Shown here: piece after piece, positions 12,481-23,984 of the stretch
Layout: every line of letters starts with the position of its first letter
Numbering within the stretch: the first letter of the stretch is position 1
Assembly: GCF_006345805.1 (NCBI RefSeq)
Contig: NC_043008.1
Location: 20,336,001 to 20,400,000, forward strand
Source of the DNA: Octopus sinensis
Taxonomy: Eukaryota
Reading direction: 5' to 3'
DNA: 64,000 nt
Notes under the pieces: generated by a model
Told to the model about the DNA's origin: nothing
The model's database searches: none
The model's input: the letters and a program-made list of their open reading frames with translations, nothing else
Translations under genes and position numbers: made by a program

Positions 12481-12827
12481 TTGTATATATATGTGTGTAT
12501 GTGTAGAGGTATAAGTGAGAATCTCCTTATTTACCTAAAACTCTATTCCCCCCCCTTTATACATATATATATATATATAGATATATACTTGGGGAGTGGT
12601 CAATAATATATATATATATATAATATTTTTTTTATTTTTTTTTTTATTTTTTTTTAATTTTATTTTTTTTTTTTTTTTATTCTTTACATATTTTTTATAT
12701 TTTTTATTTTTATTTTCTATTTCTATTTTATTTTTTATTTTTATTTTATTTATTTTTTTTTTGTTTAAATATTTTTTATTTGTTATTTTTTATTTTTTAT
12801 TTTTTATTTTTTATTTTATTTTTTTAT

Positions 12828-13109
12828 TTATTCTCCTATCTAATTTAACACTGACTCCTTGACCACTCCCCCAAGTATGATTTTTGGCGCTATGCCTACC
12901 CCCAAAAAGTCCCCACCAACACCCTTTAAAACCTGCCTAAATGTATAAATGCCAATACAACTCTTGTTAACTAGCTTCCTGAAGATTTCTCTTGAATGAA
13001 ACAGTTCTAGTCCTGTAGAAGCTCCTTTATATAATAAATTAATTTTACTCTGCTATGTATTGAGTACCTTATTTACTGTGGTTAACCCCGAATCAACCCG
13101 GGACCTACA
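12828..13109 (+). repeat. PLE1 3' pLTR
   Basis: Direct repeat of 7881-8163, ending GGGACCTAC and followed by a CA/TA microsatellite. Confidence 0.9.
12973..13023 (+). ncRNA. Hammerhead ribozyme in the PLE1 3' pLTR
   Basis: Identical to 8027-8077; predicted cleavage after 13017. Confidence 0.85.
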
Positions 13110-13221
13110 CATATATATATCTATATATATATATATATATTGTATGTATGTATGTATACATATATACATACATATATTAGTATTGTATATATGTATTGTA
13201 TATATATATATATCATATGAG

Positions 13222-13258
<37 letters not shown>

Positions 13259-13327
13259 TTATACATGCATATATGTATATTTGTGTGTGTAGTTATACAT
13301 ATCCATACATATATATTGTTATAAATT

Positions 13328-13361
<34 letters not shown>

Positions 13362-14329
13362 TGCATTCATGTATGAATACTGAACCTAAGTTAAACGGAA
13401 GCTCTGAAGTTTACTAGCAATCCTGCTTCACACACTGTACAAAATAGAATACTACCTGCCAGGGCGACCAGTTTGAAGAAGACCCCGAATCTAATTAATT
13501 TGCAGAGTGTAATCTCTACACACTAAACGAGGTGTCTTGGGATATCTGTAAAATACCAGGAACACCCTCATCAGACAACCACTCTTTAGACATTCATACT
13601 TTCATTATATCGTTCTATCTATTTATGTTCATTGATTTTTATGCTGGTGGTCTGCGAGATTGATGTGGTATTCTTAGTGTATAATGCTAACGAGCTGAGA
13701 ATTGTCTTAGACGTTATATGTAGAAATATAGACTTAGATAAGTATTAAAATTAACGTCTTTGCCTCATCAGAACTAATAACATAGACCTCTGGTGACCAG
13801 GTAAAATAACCCCAATTGACACTTTGATCGAGAAAGCAGATGCATACAAATCCATAGAACCGTTGGAGCTGGTATGAAAAGAATACTTAAGAGATACATT
13901 TCTAAATAAGTTAAATAAACTCTATAACTCAAAATACCAGAGAAGATCGTCTATGAATAGTGTAAGATATCTTAGTATATTACATGAGTGATATCGCAAA
14001 TATTTGCATAATAGTCTGATTAAGAGTAGCAGAATCGTTAGAGCGCAGAAATGTTTTTGCGATATTGTTTTTGAGTATTTACACTTCTAGTTCAAATTCG
14101 GTCGGGATTAACATTGCATATCATACCTCATTATTGTATCGTCCGATAAAAGAAGTATCATATACTGGGGTCGATGACATCGATTAAACCACACAACTCT
14201 CAGATTTAATGGCCACATGCCAAAATCAGAAACCGTTATAGTTTTCCTGATTATAAAGACATCGATACTATTCTGTATAAGGGTCGTTGGCATCGGCTAA
14301 TTCCCCACACTTCAAAATTGGTGGCTTTA

Positions 14330-14700
14330 TTCCAACATCAGGAACAATTATTTTCTACTTGTTTATAATGCCATTAATAGTACTGACTTGCTTAGATTAT
14401 ACTATCAACATTACAACAATACGCCTTCAATATCACTGCAAGAATTTTCAAAGTTCTATCATTGAAAACAATACTGTCACAGAATTTCTGACTCTAGATT
14501 CACAATTGCCCTTACTTGATTAGCACCATTCATATCCCTGGGGACTGAATGGTATTTCTTTCAATTCCAATCTTCTGTATACAATATCTAACTCGTAGTT
14601 AAGAAACAATGGACTATATGTATTTCATTTAAAGGGGAAAAAAATTAAATCCTATTGTTAATGGATTTCACAACTTTTTCTTGGTTAATTATTTTCATAT
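14330..14700 (-). mobile_element. Possible decayed LTR-retrotransposon integrase relic
   Basis: Frameshifted pieces KIGIERNT, MNGANQ and ILAVILKAY resemble the integrase core (GI..T.PY.P..NG..ER, L.AYR); weak. Confidence 0.3.
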
Positions 14701-14994
14701 AAGATTTATTTTCCATTCTTTATATTTTCAATGGAAATGTCTGAAATATCTTTCTTTTCATCAATTTTGTTTCAGTACCTCAAACCCACTCCCCATGCAC
14801 ACACACACAGACACGCACGCACGCACACACACACGCACCCACCCGCCCACACACACACATATATGAATGTATACATATATGGATATATAAACGGGTGTGT
14901 GTACATAGCAGATATATGTACGCACGTATATGAGTCCATCTATCTGTCTACCACACTCTCATATATATATATACATGCATATATACATATGTAT

Positions 14995-15043
<49 letters not shown>

Positions 15044-15315
15044 TATATGTATATATATGTCTGTATTATATATTATACATATATGTATATATATATGTAT
15101 AATATATGTATGTACATATATATATATATTATATACATGTATGTATACATATGTATATATACATATATATATATGTTATATATATGTACATAGTATATAT
15201 ATGTATATATGTATATATATAGATATATATATATAATCTATATATATATATATATATGTATATAATATATATATGTATGTTATATATATATGTGTATATA
15301 TATATATATAATATA

Positions 15316-15397
<82 letters not shown>

Positions 15398-16002
15398 TAA
15401 TATATAACACAGACGTATATGTAATAGTTATTTTCAAATTGTGGAAATATAGTTTACATTTTGGTAGGATAATTTCCTGAGATACGAATATAACATTTTT
15501 TTTTCGTCTCTTCCGTATTTCACTAGTATATTGTGTTACAGTCATTCTTATGCGATTTTGTAAAAGAAAAAAATAAATTTTGTTTTCTGTTATTTTAGGC
15601 ATAAATCTTATACGTCTATTCAATATTCATTCAAGCATATTTTTTTTTTACTTTTTTGCATATCGTTGCAATTTTCTTACGATATTTTCTCAAGTTTTCA
15701 ATCTGTTGAATGAAGCATAGAAATCGTGGTTGCTGCTATAGCCTTACTTGTATTATAACCATAGAAAACATTAAAGACAAATATATATGTGTTTGTGTAT
15801 ATGTGCGTGTAGATGTCTGTGGATCGTTTCAGGAGGCTCATAATAATATCAATAATATAACACAGAAACTGGTTTTAGTTTCACTTCGTTCTTTATACTT
15901 TAGTGAAATTGTCAACCTTTTGACTAATTAATTATTTGATACCTTAAAATTAATTATTTGATACCCATTAAATTATCAACCATCGTACAAACAATAACTC
16001 TG

Positions 16003-16370
16003 AGCACCTTTTCAAACTCCACCCATCTAACACCCGTGGGCATATTTACAAAGTTAGAAAACAGGACAGCTTCCATGACTTCAGGAAACATTTTTTCATG
16101 CTAAGTGTTGCTGAAGCATGGAACAAACTGCCGGCATCAGTTGTTAGTTGTCGGAGCACTGCATCCTTCAAAACTTCCATGCTTCCTGAGATTCGCCAAC
16201 ACTACACCTGATTTTCTCCCCTCCATACACACACAAGCATGTATCTGACTCATACATTGTTCGCTTTGCAGACATTTTTACATTACTGCATGTACCTTAT
16301 ATGCACTTTCTGACAAGTTGTGGTGCACCTGAGCACTGTATACAATAATTTCATTATTATTATTATTATT
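16003..16370 (+). mobile_element. CR1-type LINE 3' end with (ATT)n tail
   Basis: Open frame FKLHPSNTRGHIYKVRKQDSFHDFRKHFFMLSVAEAWNKLPASVVSCRSTASFK matches the CR1 ORF2 C-terminal TRGH...FF..RV..WN.LP..VV....FK motif. Confidence 0.85.
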
Positions 16371-16542
16371 TTAACTGCTCTCTGTGAATCAACCAATCAG
16401 CTGCTTTTGTGGTTTCAATGTGGTTTCAGCGCCAATCCTGGTCTCACCCATCAGCGTCATGCTCTCTTTACTCCAAGCCGGCTTCATGCAACTTCACATC
16501 AGGAAACTTGCATACCAAATACCACAGACAAATAGACAGATA

Positions 16543-16573
<31 letters not shown>

Positions 16574-16897
16574 CACACCACACACGTACACATGCACATG
16601 CGCACACACGTTGACACACTCACATTCAAGTTTATAATAAAAATATTTTTGCATTAAACTAAAGACTTACCCAATACTTTGTAGAATACAAAATTTTTAT
16701 TCTTTAACAAGCATAGTATTGACCGTCTTCGAAGTTTAGGTCAGCTAATCCATAATCCGGCTGTCTGATGACGTCCTAGTTGAACGAAATTTTGGTTTCA
16801 CTAAACTCTTTTTAACACTAGAAACCCGGACTTTTCACCTACTTTAAGGACCAAAATGTATCAAATGACGAAAGAAATTTATCCTTACGAAATAAAA

Positions 16898-17274
16898 AGG
16901 AGTGGCTTTGTGGTAGGTAGCTTGCTTACGAAACACATGGTTCCGGGTTCAGTCCCACTGCGTGTCACCTTGGGCAAGTGTCTTCTGCTATAGCCTCGGG
17001 CCTACCAATGCATTGTGAGTGTATTTTAATTTGAAGACGGGAACTGAAAGAAGCCCGTCGTATATATGTATGTATATATATTTGTGTGTGTAAATGTTTG
17101 TGTGTCCATGCCCCCCCCCCCCAACATCGCTTAACAACCAATGCTGGTGTGTTTACGTCCCCGTAACCTAGCGGCCCGGCAGAAGAAACCGATAGAATAA
17201 GTACTAGACTTACACAAAGAATAAGTCTTGGGGCCGATTTGCTCAGCTAAAAGGCGGTGCTCAAGTATGGCCAC
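16898..17274 (+). mobile_element. SINE family A, 3'-truncated by a family B copy
   Basis: Matches the other family A copies up to GTATGGCCAC. Confidence 0.85.
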
Positions 17275-17493
17275 CTGGCAGAAACGTTAGAGCGCCGGGC
17301 GAAATGCTTAGCGGTATTTCGTCTGTCGTTACGTTCTGAGTTCAAATTCCGCCGAGGTCGACTTTGCCTTTCATCATCTGGGGGTCGATAAATAAAGTAC
17401 CAGTTTCGCACTGGAGTCGATGTAATCGACTTAATCCCTTTGTCTGTCCTTGTTTGTCCCCTCTGTGTTTAGCCCCTTGTGGGCAATAAAGAT
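17275..17493 (+). mobile_element. SINE family B
   Basis: CTGGCAGAAACGTTAG...CCCCTTGTGGGCAATAAAGATA. Confidence 0.85.
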
Positions 17494-17699
17494 ATACACA
17501 TTCAAATGTCTGAAACAAGCAAAAAGTAAGAGAGTATTCATCACAAGTTTTTTATAGACCCCATATATTTCTGTGGTTCTGTTTCGGAATTTTGTTTTCA
17601 CACATGTACGTCTGACTTTGATTCTAGAGGTAGATGTTTCCACAATAGGGTGTTTGATTTAACTTGAACAACCGCCAAGGGAATCACCATAATGTACTT

Positions 17700-18200
17700 C
17701 AGTAACTTTTGGGATCATCGACTAATGACTGAGTTCGAAACACTTCTGTATATCACCCAGAGCGACATCGAAAATATAGTAAAAATACTTGCTTTGACTG
17801 AATAAAACCATTTGGTCGAACACGTCTACGCCTAACTTACCTTTGTCATAAAAATATATGGTGCCAGGATTCTTGGGACTATTTTCAGAAGGATCTTCTA
17901 CATGATGATGTAAGATACTCCAAGCAACAGATTTTGATTTTTTGCATTGGTACGATGCAAGTGTGGGAGTAGGCTTCTCTATGAATTTCATAACAACAGT
18001 TCCGTGTACTTATTTCAACTGTTTTACTGCTTTTGATAATACTCTTCTGTTCTGACAGATTGTTTCGACTAAACTGCAGTTTTGTTTTCCCACCTGTAAA
18101 GCCTTACTGAATATGTAAAGCTTTGTCACATGCATTTATAAACAAAAACAGGTTTTCAAAAGTTTCAAAAGTTTCCCATGCGTCAATTGACGGTTGTGGT
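17700..18200 (-). mobile_element. piggyBac-type transposase relic (catalytic region)
   Basis: TLASYQCKKSKSV...LHH...KNPGTIYFYDKGKLGVDVFDQM matches piggyBac KP..I.FYNKTKGGVD..DQM; an upstream ACDK..FT piece resembles TCDNFFT. Confidence 0.75.
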
Positions 18201-19326
18201 CCTTATAGGTAGTTTGTGGTTTATGTTTTTGTTTTTTTACATTTGGTGCAAACAAACTATAATTTATAGCATGTATCGATATCACAAAACTATGAAAATT
18301 CAAGAACCATGATGTCAAAATCGACAATAGTTTTTGAATTGTGTGCAATTGAGATTCCAAAATGGGACCATTGATATATTCGGTTCTATATGTGCGTGTG
18401 TGTATGTGTATGGTTATGTATGTGTATGTGTGTGTTTGAGTGTGTTTGTGTGTGCGTATGTGTGTATGTATTTGTAAGTATGTATATATTATATTACATA
18501 AAATATATATTACGTTAAAAATACAACGCCCGGTTAGCCAGATGGGTAAGGAGAAAGATAAGAGGGAATTAAATACAGATTAAAATAAAGCAGAATAAGA
18601 TACAATAGAGGGGAAAAAAGGAAAATAAAAATAATTAAAACAATACAAAATACAATAAATGTAGTGGAGTTTTAATTTTCAATAAAGGTTTTATCTTGTA
18701 TAATAGGTGGATGGATATAATTTTTTTTAAAGCTCAAGGATATGAAAGCTATATAGGTTCTTGAATGTATGTATTTTTCTTGAGAAAAATTCTTAGTTTC
18801 ACACACTCTCAATCCATTCAAGTGGGAAAAGGAATGATACTAGAACGGACCGCCAAAGGTGAGAATATATATAGGACGCAGAATCCAGGATTCTGTTCTT
18901 ATGAGCCTACGATTCCGTTAAGGCTTTTGATACTTTCTGTTTTTTATACGGTTTATTAAAGTTATATTTAATCTTGTTGGGAAAAGCTCGATTAAACCAT
19001 GAATAGAGCTCGATTACTCGCTTCTGATGACAAGGAATAGATTATACTATTACACTATTTTGTTTAATTCACAAAATGGTGCAAGTACTACGACGTGGGA
19101 ATTGTTGAATGCAAGCGGCATAATATAGTGACTTGGTACGTAGCTATGTAGTGCCAAAAAAAAACACAGACACAGACACAGACACACATACGCATATTCC
19201 TGGATGAGTGAAGGGGAAAATAGACAAAATATGAAGATGCAACGTCTCTATTAAGTAACTGATTTTACATGCATAACTAGAGATAAAAAATATCTCTTTA
19301 GGTTTAGGTTTACCCAACCTTCATCA

Positions 19327-19495
19327 GGCGTAGGAGTTGCTGTGTGGTAAGTAGATTATTTACGAACCACATGGGTCCGGGTTCAGTCCCACTGCGTTGC
19401 ACGTTGGGCAAGTGCCTTCTACTATAGCCTCGTGTCAACCAAAGCCTTGTGAGTGGATTTGGTAGACGGTAACTGCGAAGAAGCCAGTCGTATAT
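19327..19495 (+). mobile_element. SINE family A 5' half (3' half displaced to about 23985-24200)
   Basis: The head ends at the microsatellite spacer; the matching tail resumes after PLE2. Confidence 0.8.
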
Positions 19496-19549
19496 ATGTA
19501 TATATATATAATATATATTATATATATATATATAGATATATATATATAT

Positions 19550-19797
19550 ATTCTACATTGAGAGAAGAAAGAGATGGACGCTTCAATTCTATGCTGTTGC
19601 CGCATTATGTCGTACGCGAATGAGAGGATTTGCATCCCCAACCAAGAATTTTTGATGTAACACATGTCCTTGTGGAAGTTGTTGTGCGCGGCTGAAGAAG
19701 GCCACAGACCTACATTATGCATTGTTATAAATCTGTCTATAAAGGCCCGAAACATATGTACCGCTGAATCCTTGGCATCATGTTTTTATTTTGATCA

Positions 19798-19800
<3 letters not shown>
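19550..19800 (+). mobile_element. Solo PLE pLTR fragment between (TA)n tracts
   Basis: Contains a hammerhead motif; unique sequence bounded by (TA)n. Confidence 0.6.
19688..19764 (+). ncRNA. Type-I hammerhead ribozyme with long stem II and palindromic stem III
   Basis: GCGG CUGAAGA A-GGCC...GGCC-C GAAA CAUAUG UA CCGC; predicted cleavage after 19760. Confidence 0.7.
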
Positions 19801-19831
<31 letters not shown>

Positions 19832-19929
19832 ATAAAACGGTAAGATAACAAAAGAAGAAAGAGACCTCAATATTATGTAAATAGAGAAAATTTATCTATA
19901 CAATATGTTACGTTACTACTCGGTAGTCA

Positions 19930-19990
19930 AGATAAAACTCTGAGTTTCAGATGCCGAAGTGGAAATCCACAAACATCTCTTCGGTTATCT
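19930..19990 (-). ncRNA. PLE2 hammerhead-like motif (inverted arm)
   Basis: AGAUAA CCGAAGA GAUG...CAUC U GAAA CUC A GAG UU UUAUCU. Confidence 0.65.
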
Positions 19991-21288
19991 GGCTATTTGA
20001 AAACGTTATGAAAAAATACCGTTAAAAATGAAGGGAAATTACTCTGTTGTAACTCTGCTTTGCCTGCGTACTTATACATCGCTCGCATTTATCGTCAATA
20101 AAAATATATAAAAATACATAAAATATATAAAAATATATAATCTTCTTGGGACATAACACAGAAAGCATGTTCTATCCGTTTTCGTTAGGGGACAAAAAAA
20201 GTAACAGGAATTTAGTTACATGTGGGCATGATCCGAAAAGCTCTGTCCTTGTATTTAGACATGTGGTAGGGTCTAAGCTGCTTTTCCAGATAAGCCATCT
20301 CTCATGTCGCATAAACCGCACTTCCGCTGCCGTTAGTATAGGGCTTACATCTGGCCAAAATCTTCCATTGTATGTTATAATCGACACCTTTATCTCTTAA
20401 AGACCAAATATGATTGGATAATTGTGTCATCTGGTTGACGCCCCCTTACTCACCCGAGGTGGCCTTCAATATAGGTAAATATTTCCTAGCACTGATAGAT
20501 AGACATTTTCCAGTTAACCATGCTTATAGGAAACTCTTCAATAGACACAATTTAAAAATTAGTTTTAGTTCAACTACCAATTTTAAAAACATAATCAATC
20601 ATAACATACAAAAAACACAAGAAGAAAACAGCTGTTCATGCAGGAATAAAGAATTGTGCCCGCTAAATGGAGCTTGCATGTCCAAGACCATCATATATGA
20701 AGCTACCGTAAACTCTATAACCACTAAAGACACCGTTTCGACGAAGAAATACGTGGGCCTGACAGAGGGTAATTTCAAGCCAGGTTCAATAACCACACTT
20801 TGAGCTTTAGGCACTGGAACAAAAGAAAAGCGACACAATTATCCAATCATATTTGGTCTTTAAGAGATAAAGGTGTCGATTATAACATACAATGGAAGAT
20901 TTTTGCCAGATGTAAGCCCTATACTAACGGCAGCGGAAGGTGCGGTTTATGCGACATGGAGAGATGGCTTATCTGGAAAAGCAGCTTAGACCCTACCACA
21001 TGTCTAAACAGACAGAGCGACAGACAGCCTTTTCGAAACACGCAGCTTTTCGATTTACCTCACTTACTTTACGTATTTTGGTCCCCTAAAGAAAACGGAT
21101 AGAACTGCTTTCTTTCTGTGTTATGTCCCAAAAGATTTTATATATTTTTATATATTTTTATGTATTTTTATATAATTTTTATGACGAAAAATGCGAGCGA
21201 TGTATAAGTACGCAGGCAAAGCAGAGTTTACAACGAGTTAATTTCCCTTCATTTTTAACGGTATTTTTTCATAACGTTTTCAATAGCC

Positions 21289-21351
21289 AGATAACCGAAG
21301 AGATGGTGTTGTGGATTTCCACTTCGGCATCTGAAACTCAGAGTTTTATCT
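21289..21351 (+). ncRNA. PLE2 hammerhead-like motif (5' pLTR), U4C core variant
   Basis: Stem I AGAUAA/UUAUCU, core CCGAAGA, stem II GAUG/CAUC, extra U, GAAA, near-palindromic stem III, GUU triplet; predicted cleavage after 21345. Confidence 0.65.
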
Positions 21352-21557
21352 TGACTACCGAGTAATGTAACATATTGGTAGATAAATTTCCTCTATTTAC
21401 ATAATATTGAGGTCTCTTTCTTTCTTTTGTTATCTTACCGTTTTATCATAAATCAATCACCTCCCGGACGACGTTATTCTCAACTAAGAGCTAATACGAC
21501 CTTTTGGGATTATCGCCTAACATCGGTTGAGGACTCTCACAAACAAAAGAATCTAAT

Positions 21558-23669
21558 ATGGACGCATATCACATAGATTATTCTATGAAAAATATACCGA
21601 TCCCATCAAAGGATTTTTACTCTAAGAAACTTCTGCAAAAAATTACTGATGTAATTAAGCGTATGAGATGGAAGGCTTTCTTTTTGACACAGAAGCGAAC
21701 ACCAAGGAAAACATTTGCTATCGGATAAAATCCAAAAATTCCCTCCTAGGATTAAAGGCTTGGAAGATTTCGAAGCGGACCTGCTGAAGATCATGAGCAA
21801 AATAAAGTTTCGTAAGTCTTTTAACAATTTCCAACATAAATTGAAAATAGATATTGATCATATAAAAAGCTCCAAGAAAAAGCACTTTTTTCGGATAAAA
21901 CCAAGAACTTATACCTGGTAGATACACAAATACACACAACTCTTACACAAAGCAGCATCATTAATAATTATACTAAGGCTAGGGCACAGACATATAACGA
22001 AATTAATAAAGAAGCTAGCGTCATCGCCGTTAAACTTAAATTAGATAAAAAAATAGAAACCCTCCCACAAAAAGAGGCCTTTATTACTATTAAAGACCAC
22101 AAAGAAAACTTCCTTTCCAACCCTAAATGTAGGCTTATCAACCCAGCTAAGTCAGAACTAGGGATTATTAGCAAAGAAATTTTAGATAAAATAAATACGA
22201 AAATTAAGACCGATACTAGGCTAGTGCAATGGTCCAATAGTATAGAAGTCGTAGACTGGTTTAAAGCTATTAAGAATAAGAAAAAAGCGAGGTTTACACA
22301 ATTCGATATTGTTGATTTTTATGCCTCTATCTCTAAAAAACTGCTAGATAAAGCCCTAATCTTCGCTAGTGACTTCATAGAAATTAGTACCAATGATAAG
22401 GATATAATCTTCCATGCTAGAAAGACTTACTTCAGTGAGAATGCAAAGTGGGTAAAAAAACACCGACACGGAGGGCGCTTTCGATGTGAGCATGGGTTCA
22501 TATGATGGGGCAGGCATCTGTGATCTAATTGGACTCTTTCTCCTAGATACCTTCGGTAAGACATTCCCTAACGTACATTTCGCCATCTACAAAGATGATG
22601 CCCTCGCCTTAACAGCTAATACAAATGGACCAGCACAAGATCGTTTTAGTAAGGATATTATCCAGTTAATGAAACACTTCGGACTTAGTATAACTATAGA
22701 CACTAACCTGACGGTTGTCAATTTCTTAGACGTTTCCTTAGATCTTAATATAATTATTAAGCCTTATAGGAAGCCCAATGATAGACTAAGTTATATTAAT
22801 GTAGGTTCATGCCATCCCCCTATAGTATTCAAAAATTTAGTTAAAAATATTAGTAAGAGGATTTCTAGCCTCTCATCTAATGAGGACATCTTCAATAGCG
22901 TTGCCCCAGTTTATAATAAAGCTTTAAAAGATAGTGGTTTTAGCGAAAAATAAAATATACACCTATCACCAGCCCAACAATAAGGAAAGGAATAATAGAA
23001 ATAGGAAGGTCATCTGGTTGACGCCCCCTTACTCACCCGAGGTGGCCTTCAATATAGGTAAATATTTCCTAGCACTGATAGTAGACATTTTCCAGTTAAC
23101 CATGCTTATAGGAAACTCTTCAATAGACACAATTTAAAATTAGTTTTAGTTCAACTACCAATTTTAAAAACATAATCAATCATAACATACAAAAAACACA
23201 AGAAGAAAACAGCTGTTCATGCAGGAATAAAGATTGTGCCCGCTAAATGGAGCTTGCATGTCCAAGACCATCATATATGAAGCTACTACCGTTGGCTCTA
23301 TAACCACTAAAGACACCGTTTCGACGAAGAAAACGTGGGCCTGACAGAGGGTAATTTCAAGGCCAGGTTCAATAACCACACTTTGAGCTTTAGGCTGGAA
23401 CAAAAGAAAAGCGACACAATTATCCAATCATATTGGTCTTTAAGAGATAAAGGTGTCGATTATACATACAATGGAAGATTTTGGCCAGATGTAAGCCCTA
23501 TACTAACGGCAGCGGAAGGTGCGGTTTATGCGACATGGAGAGATGGCTTATCTGGAAAAGCAGCTTAGACCCTACCACATGTCTAAATACAAGGACAGAG
23601 CTTTTCGGATCATGCCCACATGTAACTAAATTCCTGTTACGTTTTTGGTCCCCTAAAGAAAACGGATAG
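21558..23669 (+). CDS. PLE2 RT-GIY-YIG polyprotein, about 700 aa, broken by short indels
   Basis: SMKNIPIP, KRMRWKAFF, FEADL, TIKDHKENF.SNPKCRLINPAKSELG, FTQFDIVDFY, MGSYDGAGICDL, YKDD (22588-22599), FLDVSLDL, WLTPP, CSC..CPL..C, IIYEA..YVGLT, CGLC, CPH. Confidence 0.9.
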
Positions 23670-23863
23670 AACATGCTTTCTGTGTTATGTCCCAAGAAGA
23701 TTTTATATATTTGTATATATTTTTATGTATTTTTATGTATTTTTATATAATTTTTATGACGAAAAATGCGAGCGATGTATAAGTACGCAGGCAAAGCAGA
23801 GTTACAACAGAGTAATTTCCCTTCATTTTTAACGGTATTTTTTCATAACGTTTTCAAATAGCC

Positions 23864-23926
23864 AGATAACCGAAGAGATGGTGTTGTGGATTTCCACTTC
23901 GGCATCTGAAACTCAGAGTTTTATCT
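23864..23926 (+). ncRNA. PLE2 hammerhead-like motif (3' pLTR)
   Basis: Identical to 21289-21351; predicted cleavage after 23920. Confidence 0.65.
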
Positions 23927-23984
23927 TGACTACCGAGTAATGTAACATATTGTATAGATATATATATATATATGTATGTATGTG

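Larger units (their letters stand above)
7298..13109 (+). mobile_element. Penelope-like element PLE1 (Naiad-type): inverted pLTR arm, 5' pLTR, ORF, 2.5 kb 3' region, 3' pLTR
   Basis: Direct repeats 7881-8163 and 12828-13109; inverted arm 7298-7720; RT + GIY-YIG ORF; hammerhead in every pLTR copy; both ends abut (TA)n. Confidence 0.95.
19831..23960 (+). mobile_element. Penelope-like element PLE2 (Naiad-type): inverted 3' arm 19831-20428, partial tandem copy 20426-21448, full ORF, 3' pLTR
   Basis: 20426-21390 repeats about 23008-23960; 19831-20428 is the reverse complement of the 3' end; GTC microhomology at the inversion junction; (TA)n on both flanks. Confidence 0.95.

Noticed and set aside
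13505-13575. Minus-strand CUGAUGA followed by a 7-bp stem (a similar motif lies near 13765)
   Set aside because: GAAA is replaced by GUUUA/GUUAA and stem I does not pair; at best a dead relic.
16768-16806. CTGATGA...GAAA hammerhead-like motif
   Set aside because: Stem II and stem I are mismatched; probably a decayed pLTR, not callable as a ribozyme.
19275-19328. Minus-strand CUGAUGA-AGGUU/AACCU hammerhead relic
   Set aside because: G12 is missing and the 5' stem I strand is overwritten by the SINE A insertion.
8210-23669. Selenocysteine recoding (in-frame UGA plus SECIS), reported for some Naiad elements
   Set aside because: The conserved Cys positions checked in both ORFs are TGT/TGC, no in-frame TGA remains after frame correction, and no SECIS-like AUGA..AA..GA stem was seen downstream.
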